IMG/VR virus record: IMGVR_UViG_2541047944_000003
Location: 1-44,708 of that record
DNA length: 44,708 bases
Source: a virus
Taxonomy: Duplodnaviria > Heunggongvirae > Uroviricota > Caudoviricetes
Direction: 5' to 3' (one strand)
Part shown: piece after piece, positions 1-9,020 of the stretch
Numbering within the stretch: the first letter of the stretch is position 1
How the letters are laid out: every line of letters begins with the position of its first letter
Made by a program: the position numbers and the translations under genes
Notes under the pieces: model-generated
Told to the model about the DNA's origin: nothing
Seen by the model: the letters and a program-made list of their open reading frames with translations, nothing else
The model's database searches: none

Positions 1-237
1 TCATCCGTCGTTGACATGTGTGATTGTCTTCACTTCATATCCGTCATACGGAACATCAATTCTGCGACTGGAATCGTCGCGCTTCGGATATCCCTTTGTG
101 ATAATCAGGCGGTCATATTCCCGGAACATAATTCGCTTATTCCAGTAGTCATTACACAAGCGATACTCTTCCGTTTTCTCTCCGCGAATCATGGCATCGA
201 AGTATTCACCTTTGACGGCAAGTTGCAGGTTAGCCAC
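1..237 (-). CDS. hypothetical early-left operon protein (78 aa)
   Basis: Complete ORF with stop at 1-3; part of a tightly packed leftward gene string overlapping the next ORF. Confidence 0.45.
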   Translation of the reverse strand: MANLQLAVKGEYFDAMIRGEKTEEYRLCNDYWNKRIMFREYDRLIITKGYPKRDDSSRRIDVPYDGYEVKTITHVNDG

Positions 238-517
238 GACCTTCCTCCTTTGGCTTGTGAATTTGTATCGTCATGCCGCTTTGAGTGGTGACTACAACGA
301 CAGAACCAGGCTGAAGGCTGTTAAGATTGAATGCTTCGTAAAACGAATCCAATGCCAGTGCTTTTTTATTCTTTCGGTTCCACCAACGACATCCCTTGCT
401 ACAGGCTACATCGACAATCCACTGTCCACTCCTGTAAGCCATATAAAACCAGATGAGCAAAACCTGAAGGAATGCTATCCAGTCAATAATCGTATATTTC
501 GCGAAGGAGTCCATCAC
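230..517 (-). CDS. hypothetical small membrane protein (95 aa)
   Basis: ORF with hydrophobic segment (IIDWIAFLQVLLIWFYMAY); overlaps neighbours by a few nt. Confidence 0.4.
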   Translation of the reverse strand: MMDSFAKYTIIDWIAFLQVLLIWFYMAYRSGQWIVDVACSKGCRWWNRKNKKALALDSFYEAFNLNSLQPGSVVVVTTQSGMTIQIHKPKEEGRG

Positions 518-1227
518 TTCACCTCCTGTGGCGGTTCTGGTAGTGGCATCCAGTGAGTTGCCTGCTCAATACTATTACCCGGCTTAATCGTTACATCTCC
601 GCGCCGAAAGGTGCTTCCGGTATAGCGTGCGGCGCATATTAGCGGTTCAACCAGAGAGCTATCGAAATTCACCGAAATAAGCACGTTCTGGCCCTTTTCA
701 GGCATTCGATCACTACAGCTTATCCAACTATCCGGAGTTCCCGGATAGTTGCCATTTACATCGAAGTTTGGCTCTGCGTCCTGAACCAGGAGGATGTAAC
801 CATTCTTGGCTGTATCAAGTTCTAACGCCTCGGTGACGGTGCCGAAATAGCGATTACCTAAATCAGCATCACAAGTGCTTACATCAATGGAAACTTCCAT
901 GCCTTCGATTAATTCTGGCAAGTTGTAAGTTTGGCTTACAGGTTGGCTACCCTGAAGCATGGCGGCGCGGTGACACCAGATAATCCAGCCAAGCGCCATA
1001 TCCCATGCCATGTATTCTCTATCGCCATTTTTTGCCCTACGGCGATCTACAGATTCCCCGAAACGCTTCTCCATAAATAATTCATAGGCTGCTCGTTCAT
1101 CCGATACTGCTGCCAGTGATGCCAGTGCAATTTCATAAGCCCGGCGCTCAATATTGTCTCGCACGTCCAGGCTGCCTATGCGCTCTTTGATTTCTTTAAT
1201 CAATTCTTTGTCGGTAAAAGTAGTCAT
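514..1227 (-). CDS. DUF551-like prophage protein (237 aa)
   Basis: C-terminal W...HWMPLPEPP segment resembles DUF551 prophage proteins (from memory); operon context. Confidence 0.5.
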   Translation of the reverse strand: MTTFTDKELIKEIKERIGSLDVRDNIERRAYEIALASLAAVSDERAAYELFMEKRFGESVDRRRAKNGDREYMAWDMALGWIIWCHRAAMLQGSQPVSQTYNLPELIEGMEVSIDVSTCDADLGNRYFGTVTEALELDTAKNGYILLVQDAEPNFDVNGNYPGTPDSWISCSDRMPEKGQNVLISVNFDSSLVEPLICAARYTGSTFRRGDVTIKPGNSIEQATHWMPLPEPPQEVK

Positions 1228-1230
1228 GTG

Positions 1231-1539
1231 TTAGTCCTCATCCACTTCAACCCCATCTTTCAGCGTGATGCCGTGCCAATCATCAGCCCAACTGGTTAGC
1301 CCTGGCGCATCAATGCTAGGCATATAAACACTTGCAGTGTGGTAGCCCTTATCGTTATCAATGCTGGCAACGTGCTCGCCGTTGTATGCGCTCAGCGTGT
1401 CCAGGACGCTATAAAACTTTCCTCCGGCTGCCCTGAAATCCTTTACAGCCTTCACAAGGCGATTCCACGCTTTTTCCTGTTCTGGCGTCAGGTCGATTAA
1501 TTCCTGCAAAGTTGCCATATCACTCTCCTTTGATGTCAA
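1231..1539 (-). CDS. hypothetical protein (102 aa)
   Basis: ORF in leftward operon, 20-nt overlap with downstream ORF start. Confidence 0.45.
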   Translation of the reverse strand: MTSKESDMATLQELIDLTPEQEKAWNRLVKAVKDFRAAGGKFYSVLDTLSAYNGEHVASIDNDKGYHTASVYMPSIDAPGLTSWADDWHGITLKDGVEVDED

Positions 1540-1879
1540 TGTTTACAGCTTGGCAAGCCTCTTTGAGCACCAAGTCAACAGCGTCTTTCCATGCTCCGGT
1601 TTCGACTGGCGGATTTTCACGCTTAACCTGTTCATAGAAGCGCACTGCTTTAACCAGTCCTTCTGATGTCACCGGGACTGGCGGGGCAGTGAATAAGGCC
1701 TGAATCTCATAGCTCGGCCTGTCGTTGCAATCCTCTTTTGTCGGTACATATTTCCAGTCACCAACCCACGCCCCCCCCTGAGAGTCCGTAACGCCTTTTT
1801 TCACGTAGCGATATCGCCATGCAACTGGTTTTGCCCGCCCTGCCGTTTCATGTCCTTCCTGATAATTAATCTCGCTCAT
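1520..1879 (-). CDS. hypothetical protein (119 aa)
   Basis: ORF in leftward operon; its ATG overlaps the stop of the upstream mini-ORF (ATGAATGA). Confidence 0.45.
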   Translation of the reverse strand: MSEINYQEGHETAGRAKPVAWRYRYVKKGVTDSQGGAWVGDWKYVPTKEDCNDRPSYEIQALFTAPPVPVTSEGLVKAVRFYEQVKRENPPVETGAWKDAVDLVLKEACQAVNIDIKGE

Positions 1880-2052
1880 TCATAGCCCCACTCATCACAA
1901 TATGCTTCGACAGGTGTTTTTCCTGCTTCGTAGTCATCACGCCAGGCTTCAGCATCAGCAGCACTTCCACCACGTAACTCTGCATAATCCATTAACAGTT
2001 CATGCCATTCTTCAAAACTGACGTTGTATTTAGTTGAACCAAAATCAGCCAT
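1876..2052 (-). CDS. hypothetical small protein (58 aa, MADFGSTKYNVSFEEWHELLMDYAELRGG...)
   Basis: Translated by hand, below the ORF-track cutoff; stop overlaps next start, upstream ORF stop overlaps its start (translational coupling). Confidence 0.3.
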   Translation of the reverse strand: MADFGSTKYNVSFEEWHELLMDYAELRGGSAADAEAWRDDYEAGKTPVEAYCDEWGYE

Positions 2053-2227
2053 TTTGTTCTTCCTCCTCGTCTTTTATTTCGTGATATGAGTAATTGCAGT
2101 AGTTAAAGAAAATTTCTTTTGCTTCGTCATGAATTTCATCTGGTGTTGCGTCATCATCCACTTCGAATTCATCCTCGAAATCTCCACCGGCTATTCCCGT
2201 TTCAATAATTATTTTGAATTTTCGCAT
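2045..2227 (-). CDS. hypothetical acidic small protein (60 aa)
   Basis: ORF rich in Asp/Glu in the leftward operon. Confidence 0.3.
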   Translation of the reverse strand: MRKFKIIIETGIAGGDFEDEFEVDDDATPDEIHDEAKEIFFNYCNYSYHEIKDEEEEQNG

Positions 2228-2322
2228 TTCACTACCGCCCTTTCGGACGGCCTCCTGATGTTCTGAGGGTGCAGAAATCCCTCCGGTTAAGGATTAAATT
2301 TTATTTACAACACTAAGTTTAA

Positions 2323-2955
2323 TTATTCAGGCGAGCGAATCTGTTCCGCACAATGCAACAATGCTTCTGTCACTTCCTTAAGCGTTACGGTATCGGCATC
2401 ATCCAGTCCTGCAACTTTTACGTGCCTGACAAACGCCGCGCGAAGTTCGTCAAACGCCACCGCCCGTACATCAGCCAGGAAAGCATCGGTAGCTGGAGTT
2501 TCGCTGTGGTGTAGGGCATCGTTGATAATCATTGCAGCAACACCAGCCTGCCCTGCATCCGTGACCGACACATGCTCAAGAGTTACGGCCATTGCGTGTT
2601 TCAGCCCGGCGTTCTCTGCCACCAGCGCCGCGAGATTAGTCTCAAGCTCTGAAATTCGGCACGTGGCATCAATATTTGTGTCCTCCAAGCACTTAATTTC
2701 ACCAAGCAGCTCCAGTGCAACCTTTGGGTTGAAAGCTGCGATATAACGAGCATTGTTCTCTGCGTTTTTCTGTTCGTCGAATCCAGGCCAGTCGACAATA
2801 TCTCCGTGATGATTATCTCCTGGTGTGTGCACGGCGTACGTGCCGTATTTGCCCGGCGAAATAAATGCGACCCATTCGCCTTGTGTTGCCTTTTCTGCCG
2901 CCTCACGCAGTGCCTGATAGTCAATTTCGCTCACTGGTTGCCTCCTTTGCGCCAC
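2323..2955 (-). CDS. Ea22-like family prophage protein (210 aa)
   Basis: Central coiled-coil segment [17 protein letters not shown] resembles Ea22-like proteins (from memory). Confidence 0.5.
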   Translation of the reverse strand: MAQRRQPVSEIDYQALREAAEKATQGEWVAFISPGKYGTYAVHTPGDNHHGDIVDWPGFDEQKNAENNARYIAAFNPKVALELLGEIKCLEDTNIDATCRISELETNLAALVAENAGLKHAMAVTLEHVSVTDAGQAGVAAMIINDALHHSETPATDAFLADVRAVAFDELRAAFVRHVKVAGLDDADTVTLKEVTEALLHCAEQIRSPE

Positions 2956-3131
2956 ATCGCATTCAGATATTTGTTTTTATTCACTGAAGGAAAAGAATTT
3001 CTCTTAAGTAATTCCTCTCTCGATGGCATTGGCTTTACGCGTTGACGAATAATCATTTCCGCCGGAAGAATGCCGGGATTGTATGCAAGTCCTCTCATGG
3101 TAAATTCCTCAGTCATTACTGATAGCGCCAT
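2931..3131 (-). CDS. hypothetical small protein (66 aa)
   Basis: ORF in leftward operon, overlapping neighbours. Confidence 0.3.
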   Translation of the reverse strand: MALSVMTEEFTMRGLAYNPGILPAEMIIRQRVKPMPSREELLKRNSFPSVNKNKYLNAMWRKGGNQ

Positions 3132-3405
3132 AGCGTGAGCGGTAATTACGCAGGCGCGGGTCGATATATTCAGGGAATTTGTCTATTGTCGCTTTTCGCA
3201 ACGGTCTCATTGCTGTTTCGTTTGTTCGGTCCTTCTCCTGTTTTAGCGCGAGTTGTATATCGCGTCGGTACATCCGTTCTGCTTTTGTTTCTGGTGGCAG
3301 AGTAAGAAATGCATCGAAATTGTTTTTGATATTTTCCAGCACCTCCAATACGGAATTGCCGGAACAGCGGCGCGCGTCGTCCGCACCATACAGAGGCGCT
3401 GGCAT
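3109..3405 (-). CDS. hypothetical protein (98 aa)
   Basis: ORF with AGGAGA ribosome-binding site upstream of ATG at 3405. Confidence 0.45.
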   Translation of the reverse strand: MPAPLYGADDARRCSGNSVLEVLENIKNNFDAFLTLPPETKAERMYRRDIQLALKQEKDRTNETAMRPLRKATIDKFPEYIDPRLRNYRSRYGAISND

Positions 3406-3418
3406 GATTTTCTCCTGA

Positions 3419-3934
3419 TTAAATTGCGTGAATAGCGTGACGAGGGAAGGGGAGGGTTACTGGCGCAAAAGGTATATCGTCGTCAAACTCCATAGGTGGT
3501 TCGCTGTGATTTACCTGCTTCTGAGGCTGCTGTTTTTGTTGCTGACCGTTATTTCGCTGAGGTGAAGACTGTTCATTGATTCCTTGCTTGCCACCAAGCA
3601 TTTGCATGGTTCCACCAACGCCCACGATAACTTCGGTAGTGAACCGATCCTGTCCGCTTTGATCCTGCCATTTTCTTGTCCGCAATTTTCCTTCAAGATA
3701 AACCTCAGAGCCTTTTCGCAGATATTCGCTGGCAATTTCTGCCAGTTTCCCGCTCATTACCACACGGTGCCACTCCGTCTGCTCCTTTTGCTCTCCAGTT
3801 TGCTTATCACGCCATTGTTCTGACGTAGCAACTGTAAGGTTTGCAAATGCCGTTCCTGATGGTGAATATCTGATTTCTGGATCATGCCCAAGGCGACCAA
3901 TAATGATCACCTTATTTACGCCTCTACTTCCCAT
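3419..3934 (-). CDS. ssb: single-stranded DNA-binding protein with 15-aa extension past the DDDIPF tip
   Basis: N-terminal OB-fold sequence ([39 protein letters not shown]...TEWHRVV), Gly/Gln-rich linker and acidic EFDDDIPF motif; ORF then continues [15 protein letters not shown] before the stop. Confidence 0.85.
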   Translation of the reverse strand: MGSRGVNKVIIIGRLGHDPEIRYSPSGTAFANLTVATSEQWRDKQTGEQKEQTEWHRVVMSGKLAEIASEYLRKGSEVYLEGKLRTRKWQDQSGQDRFTTEVIVGVGGTMQMLGGKQGINEQSSPQRNNGQQQKQQPQKQVNHSEPPMEFDDDIPFAPVTLPFPRHAIHAI

Positions 3935-4642
3935 TTATGCCGCCTGTTTTAGTTCGTTAACTCTGATGTTCATTACCTGAACGCATTTAGCCTGCGCCTC
4001 CTCGTTGCCAGCCATTAATTGCCAGTCATGCTGATAACGCGCGATGAGTTTTTTCTTGTCAGTTTCTGTTGACGCATAATCGCTGAAGTCTTTCAGGATT
4101 TGTTCGCAGTCAACCGATGGAGATTTCTGGTTGGTATTTTCTGGTGATGGTTTGTTATCTGATGCTGGGATTGCCCATCCCGGCAGCGATGGAGGGAGCC
4201 AGTAAAATCCTGTTCCATCCTTCAGTTTTGCCCTGTGCCATCCCTGCTTTTTATCGATAGATGTTTGTGCGAAACCTTCCTCAAGGTTATACAGATACCG
4301 ACCGATTCCCCACTGAACGGCAGCGCGCTTCATTGCACCGGAACGACCACCTTTGACGGCTTCTACCTGCGTGTTTTCAGCAGCATCCCATTTGGTTACC
4401 CATTCGGAATCAATCTTTATTGATATGCCGCATTCAACGCCGCCGTTGTTGGGAATATCGCGGTATTCATTGCGCCATCCTGCTTTGCCGCAAACATCGT
4501 CCAGGCGTTTCATGATTGCCCGGTTCGTGACATAAGCCAGCACCATAGCCCACACTTTGCCATCGCGTGTTTTACCGCTTTGCTGTATTCGCCATTCGAT
4601 ATCTTCAGGGCTGAATGGCTCATTGAATTTATTCAAATCCAT
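3935..4642 (-). CDS. single-strand annealing recombinase (Rad52/Erf superfamily)
   Basis: Motif KGGRSGAMKRAAVQWGIGRYLY typical of Rad52-like annealing proteins; directly adjacent to ssb as a recombination module. Confidence 0.55.
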   Translation of the reverse strand: MDLNKFNEPFSPEDIEWRIQQSGKTRDGKVWAMVLAYVTNRAIMKRLDDVCGKAGWRNEYRDIPNNGGVECGISIKIDSEWVTKWDAAENTQVEAVKGGRSGAMKRAAVQWGIGRYLYNLEEGFAQTSIDKKQGWHRAKLKDGTGFYWLPPSLPGWAIPASDNKPSPENTNQKSPSVDCEQILKDFSDYASTETDKKKLIARYQHDWQLMAGNEEAQAKCVQVMNIRVNELKQAA

Positions 4643-4729
4643 AATTCACCTCAGAATGGACACGGCCCAAGTAAATAACGCTGATTTAATACTTCGGTCT
4701 TTGCCGCATTTAAAAATACGCGAACACCT

Positions 4730-4900
4730 TCACGATCTCCCTTCTGGCGATACATTAACGCCTGCTGCGTGTACATGCGTCTCTGTAACTTGCTCTCCTT
4801 CACTGTGGTTGCAAGTGACATGAATATCTCCTTCGTTACCGATTAATTCTTTCATCTGACGAATGAATTCTTCGTCTGACCAGTTATCTGTAAAACTCAT
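4730..4900 (-). CDS. hypothetical small protein in the kil position (56 aa)
   Basis: ORF starting MSFTDNW, ATGA overlap with the cIII-like stop; positional analogy only. Confidence 0.35.
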   Translation of the reverse strand: MSFTDNWSDEEFIRQMKELIGNEGDIHVTCNHSEGEQVTETHVHAAGVNVSPEGRS

Positions 4901-5067
4901 GGACGGCCTTGTTGTTTCAAAATATCCCAAAGCTTTTCGAGCAAACTTTTCATTCTTGGTTGTTTAAAGTCTGCTCCGGTTAAAATGTTTTTTCGTGAAT
5001 GCTGCACCGATAAAATTGGGTTGAAAGGGCGAACCGATGCCGCCCCTGCAATAGCGAACTGTTGCAT
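4897..5067 (-). CDS. cIII: CIII-like protein (FtsH inhibitor family)
   Basis: MQQFAIAG...LLEKLWDILKQ resembles lambda CIII (MQYAIAGW...LIDILNQ) from memory; AAGGAG RBS before ATG at 5067. Confidence 0.5.
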   Translation of the reverse strand: MQQFAIAGAASVRPFNPILSVQHSRKNILTGADFKQPRMKSLLEKLWDILKQQGRP

Positions 5068-5293
5068 AGGATGCTCCTTCTGTTTGATTGCATAACGAAA
5101 ACGCCTCGAGTGAAGCGTTATTGGTATGCATATAAAAAGGCCATCACATTGGAGGGCAAAAAAGATTTCCAATAATCAGAACAAGTCGGCTCCTGTTTAG
5201 TTACGAGCGACATTGCTCCGTGTATTCACTCGTTGGAATGAATACACAGTGCAGTGTTTATTCTGTTATTTATGCCAAAAATAAAGGCCACTA

Positions 5294-5494
5294 TCAGGCA
5301 GCTTTGTTGTTCTGTTTACCAAGTTCTCTGGCAATCATTGCCGTCGTTCGTATTGCCCATTTATCGACATATTTCCCATCTTCCATTACAGGAAACATTT
5401 CTTCAGGCTTAACCATGCATTCCGATTGCAGCTTGCATCCATTGCATCGTTTGAATTGTCCACACCATTGATTTGTATCAATAGTCGTAGTCAT
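5294..5494 (-). CDS. hypothetical Cys-rich small protein (66 aa)
   Basis: ORF with CxxxxxxCxxC pattern; overlaps upstream mini-ORF stop. Confidence 0.4.
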   Translation of the reverse strand: MTTTIDTNQWCGQFKRCNGCKLQSECMVKPEEMFPVMEDGKYVDKWAIRTTAMIARELGKQNNKAA

Positions 5495-5707
5495 ACGGAT
5501 AGTCCTGGTATTGTTCCATCACATCTTGAGGATGCTCTTCGAACTCTTCAAATTCTTCTTCCATATATCACCTTAAATAGTGGATTGCGGTAGTAAAGAT
5601 TGTGCCTGTCTTTTAACCACATCAGGCTCGGTGGTTCTCGTGTACCCCTACAACGAGAAATCGGATAAACTCTATTCACCCCTACAGAGAGCAAAAGAGA
5701 AACGCCG

Positions 5708-6289
5708 ATGAACAACTCATGGTGGCAGGAACTAATGCATTTTTTCCTGCAAGGAATGACACTTAAACAGTTGATTCATATGCTAATCATCCTGATCATA
5801 TTGATTATTGTTATGCCGGTAAGCGTAAAAGAATGGATAAACCTGCATAATCCAGAAATCCTTCCTCATTACTGGATGTATTACATCCTGTTGTTTTGCG
5901 TTAGCTATGTGCTTAACGGCGTTGTTAATTCCGCTTATCACGCTGTGACTGAAAGAATTGAGGTATTCGCTGCTCAGAAGCGCAAATCTAAAGAAGAAAA
6001 ATATGTGCAAGATTTGTTTGATTCGTTAACTCTTGGAGAAAGAGCGTATTTGGCATTCGCTGTAGCCGCTAATAACCAGCTACAAACGGAAAAGGGCGCT
6101 CATGAATCAATTTCATTGCTCAAAAAAGGACTCCTCGTTCGAAGGCCTCCTGCTGTTGGATATCCTGATACCGACCGTTTCGTTATCCCTGAAAGCTATA
6201 GACATGAGTGCTACATTAGGTTTGCCGGGAAGGCAGACAGCCTTATGGATGAACTTATCGCTCAGGATAAGCATGGCAAAAACAAGTAA
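5708..6289 (+). CDS. sieB: superinfection exclusion protein B-like membrane protein
   Basis: 193-aa protein with two strongly hydrophobic helices; rightward gene embedded in the leftward early operon between N and cIII, as sieB is in lambda. Confidence 0.55.
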   Translation: MNNSWWQELMHFFLQGMTLKQLIHMLIILIILIIVMPVSVKEWINLHNPEILPHYWMYYILLFCVSYVLNGVVNSAYHAVTERIEVFAAQKRKSKEEKYVQDLFDSLTLGERAYLAFAVAANNQLQTEKGAHESISLLKKGLLVRRPPAVGYPDTDRFVIPESYRHECYIRFAGKADSLMDELIAQDKHGKNK

Positions 6290-6305
6290 TTAGCAAATGA
6301 ATTTA

Positions 6306-6578
6306 TCATCTCGCCGTCAGTTGTTTTGATTTCCGGTAGCCTGCCGCGTAAAGAGCTACGTTCGGAAGACAAGTTGAACCTTCATATTTTCTGGTCAACG
6401 TTGTCAGAGTTATCACTTCTGCTCTCATTGCTGGTTTGCGCTTGCATTGCAAGACCACTCGTGAAGGGGTTGGCCTGTGTAGCTTGTCGGAGCTGATCGC
6501 CTCCTGACTTTGCAGATTTGCGCGACGAGCTCTACGGCGAGAAGCTGCGGTGCCTTTAAATTCTGTTTTTCTGGACAT
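6306..6578 (-). CDS. N: N-like transcription antitermination protein
   Basis: Arginine-rich motif TAASRRRARRANLQ near the N-terminus; GGAGGA RBS before ATG at 6578; sits between nutL and the early-left genes. Confidence 0.6.
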   Translation of the reverse strand: MSRKTEFKGTAASRRRARRANLQSQEAISSDKLHRPTPSRVVLQCKRKPAMRAEVITLTTLTRKYEGSTCLPNVALYAAGYRKSKQLTAR

Positions 6579-6676
6579 GGATTCCTCCCGAATAAACTTT
6601 GGCGATGCAATCTCGAAGCTCCTCCTGAGACGGTTGCTTCGGCATTGCATCCCACAGCTTATGTGGTTGGGTGATC

Positions 6677-6722
6677 TGGCTTTTCAGCCACGTAGTCGAG
6701 AGTCGACGTTGTTTAAAGAGCC
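6677..6722 (-). promoter_or_regulatory. nutL candidate (boxA GCTCTTTAAACAAC, boxB hairpin GGC-TGAAAA-GCC)
   Basis: On the minus strand; boxA and the TGAAAA-loop hairpin recur with the same spacing at nutR. Confidence 0.55.
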
Positions 6723-6769
6723 TGCCAGTCTGCTCCATTTGGCTTCCAGCGTCCTGCTGACGGTTAAAT

Positions 6770-6788
6770 AGTACGATATGTACTTTAC
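6770..6788. promoter_or_regulatory. OL operator site (GTAAAGTACATATCGTACT on minus strand)
   Basis: 16 of 19 positions identical to a site in OR at 9084-9102; contains inverted AGTAC half-sites. Confidence 0.5.
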
Positions 6789-6983
6789 GGGATCAATACA
6801 ATTTGTTGTAATTTGGCGTGGTTTTTTATAACGCTTTGTATTTAATAGTGTTGTTTTTTAGCGTGGATGTATTGCCTCGGCGATGTAAGGAGAGATCAGA
6901 ATTGCGTGGTTTAGTGGGTTGCATCTATTTATTTTTCAATAAATATAATTGGTTATGTGTTTTTAGGTGGGCGAACGTGAGGC

Positions 6984-7009
6984 AAAGAAAACCCGGCGCT
7001 GAGGCCGGG
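6984..7009 (-). terminator. intrinsic terminator after the cI-operon cargo genes
   Basis: Hairpin CCCGGC-gctgag-GCCGGG followed on the minus strand by a T-run, immediately after the stop at 7015. Confidence 0.6.
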
Positions 7010-7014
7010 TTGTA

Positions 7015-7767
7015 TTATGCTGCAAGTCTCTTAACCCAAGTCTCTCTTTTGGAGAATGGTAGAACTTGGCTTGATTCATGGAAGAGTAAGGAGAGTTGTT
7101 GCATTTGATCACCAATTGCTTCGCTGTCTATAACAACAAATCTGTTGTTATACTCCTCACTTGAAGCTTTAAGATCAATTAGTTTCCCAAGCAATGAGTA
7201 AGCACTATTCCAGCTTCCTCCGTGTTTCACGCTTGATGTAAAAACGTATTTAGGTATGTCGGTTTTTATTGTTACAGGGACGGTAATTTGATGTCCACTC
7301 AAGCCATATACGTTTTCACGAAGAGAAAGTGCGTCTCTAAGCTCTGTGTGATATAGATAATCAATAACCATACTTTCAAACTTTTCAGCTTGAACTGGCT
7401 GATACCAGTCTAACGACAAAGTTGATGCGAGTATACCAGCTCTAATTATGTTCGATGTAATCGCACCGACATCCTTTTCTGTTGCCCAAGCAATGATTTC
7501 TCCTCGAGCATTGAGTTCTGCGCCTTCTTTAAGCAGTAATTGTCGTATCTCATCAAGTCGTTTTTTGGTAAGCGAGATCCCTCTTGCCTCCATATTCATT
7601 AAGGCATCGCATCTGTCACTAACTAAATACCTACCATTGACTTCACGGATAAAGGCACCGACATGCTCTCCATCATCACAGTAAGTGAATGGACTGATAA
7701 TTCTCAAGGTCTTGCCTATTGGATGGCATTCGAAACCTAGTTGTGAGATCACTGTTGAGCACATCAT
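7015..7767 (-). CDS. hypothetical protein (250 aa), immunity-region cargo
   Basis: ORF downstream of cI, 4-nt overlap with upstream ORF, AT-rich codon usage unlike backbone; no recognisable motif. Confidence 0.6.
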   Translation of the reverse strand: MMCSTVISQLGFECHPIGKTLRIISPFTYCDDGEHVGAFIREVNGRYLVSDRCDALMNMEARGISLTKKRLDEIRQLLLKEGAELNARGEIIAWATEKDVGAITSNIIRAGILASTLSLDWYQPVQAEKFESMVIDYLYHTELRDALSLRENVYGLSGHQITVPVTIKTDIPKYVFTSSVKHGGSWNSAYSLLGKLIDLKASSEEYNNRFVVIDSEAIGDQMQQLSLLFHESSQVLPFSKRETWVKRLAA

Positions 7768-8321
7768 ATTCCAAACCCCATTTGCCCCGACTCATCTTCA
7801 AGCGGTAAAGGTATTCTCCCAGAGTAAGTTATGTTCAGATGTTTACAGAAGTAATTCCAATACCCTACCAGGTCATCTGGGTTTATGTCATCTTCGATTG
7901 GAAACGCTATTCTATCACTATAGTATCCAGCTTCTTCATAGTATACATGGTAGTGAGCACCGTAAATGATATCTTGGTACTTCGGATGATCGACCTTGTA
8001 ACTATTCGTGTGTTTGTCAAAGTGATAGGTATCTACCGCGAAAACCCTCTTGTTATGATAGAAAGCAATAATATTTATTTTAGGGTAAGAAATCGGGTCA
8101 TCAGGTTCTGAATCCTGATCTGGTTTCCATTTCAGTTCAAACTTTAGCCCTTGTATAGGTATACAATCCTCATCCAAGGGGATGATATGGGCTTGTAGCC
8201 ACATATCAGAGCGACTTGGTTTCTGTTTCCATTTAACGCCAGAAAAGTTAACTATTTTTTTACAATAAAGTACTTTATCAACTTCTACTTGGCTTGGCTG
8301 ATAATCATCTATTTTTGCCAA
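7764..8321 (-). CDS. hypothetical Tyr/His/Asp-rich protein (185 aa), immunity-region cargo
   Basis: ORF 40 bp downstream of cI stop, co-oriented with cI; no recognisable motif. Confidence 0.6.
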   Translation of the reverse strand: MAKIDDYQPSQVEVDKVLYCKKIVNFSGVKWKQKPSRSDMWLQAHIIPLDEDCIPIQGLKFELKWKPDQDSEPDDPISYPKINIIAFYHNKRVFAVDTYHFDKHTNSYKVDHPKYQDIIYGAHYHVYYEEAGYYSDRIAFPIEDDINPDDLVGYWNYFCKHLNITYSGRIPLPLEDESGQMGFGI

Positions 8322-8360
8322 TGTTTACCGCCCTGTAAATTGTAGATAAAAGTGGTTTCA

Positions 8361-9020
8361 TCACCCAAACGTCTCTTCAGGCCATTGGCTGGCGATAACT
8401 TTCCCCACAACGGAACAACTCTCATTGCATGGGATCATTGGGTATTGTGGGTTTAGTGGCTGTAGAAACACCTGACCGCTATCCCTGATCAGTTTCTTGA
8501 AGGTAAATTCATCACCACCAAGTCTGGCTATGCAGAAATCGCCGGGCTCAACAGCTTGCTCAGGGTCAACCAGAATTAACATCCCGTCAGGAAAGCTGGG
8601 TTTGGAACCTGTTGGTGCGGTCATTGAGTTACCTTCAACCTCAAGCCAGAATGCAGAGTCACTGGCTTTTTTGGTTGTGCTTACCAATCTCTCCGCATCG
8701 CCTTTGGTAAAGGTTCTGAGTTCTGGAGAGAACATCCCAGCCTGAACATGAGAAAAAACAGGGTACTCATATTGTTTTTTAACTGGGGCCGATGAGTATT
8801 CGCCAACAGGTGAAAATGTCCCGTCGTGGTTGAATGATATGTTATCAATACCAAGGTATTTAAACACCACACCAATATCACTAAGAGATGGATGACGAGA
8901 TCCGCGCAACCAGTGTCCAATCCCACCCTGCGTCATACCTAGCTCTTCGGCTAACTTCTCTTGAGTTATGCCGAGCTCTTTCATTCTGGATCTAGCCAGT
9001 TCATACCATTTCATTTTCAT
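8361..9020 (-). CDS. cI: CI-type prophage repressor (HTH DNA-binding domain plus S24 peptidase domain)
   Basis: C-terminal domain matches lambda CI as remembered ([19 protein letters not shown]...[12 protein letters not shown]); N-terminal HTH differs; TAAGGA RBS before ATG at 9020. Confidence 0.9.
   Translation of the reverse strand: MKMKWYELARSRMKELGITQEKLAEELGMTQGGIGHWLRGSRHPSLSDIGVVFKYLGIDNISFNHDGTFSPVGEYSSAPVKKQYEYPVFSHVQAGMFSPELRTFTKGDAERLVSTTKKASDSAFWLEVEGNSMTAPTGSKPSFPDGMLILVDPEQAVEPGDFCIARLGGDEFTFKKLIRDSGQVFLQPLNPQYPMIPCNESCSVVGKVIASQWPEETFG

Noticed and set aside
6818-7108. 96-aa plus-strand ORF
   Set aside because: Spans the OL/pL regulatory region and the terminator hairpin and runs into the 250-aa gene on the other strand; no RBS; likely non-coding.
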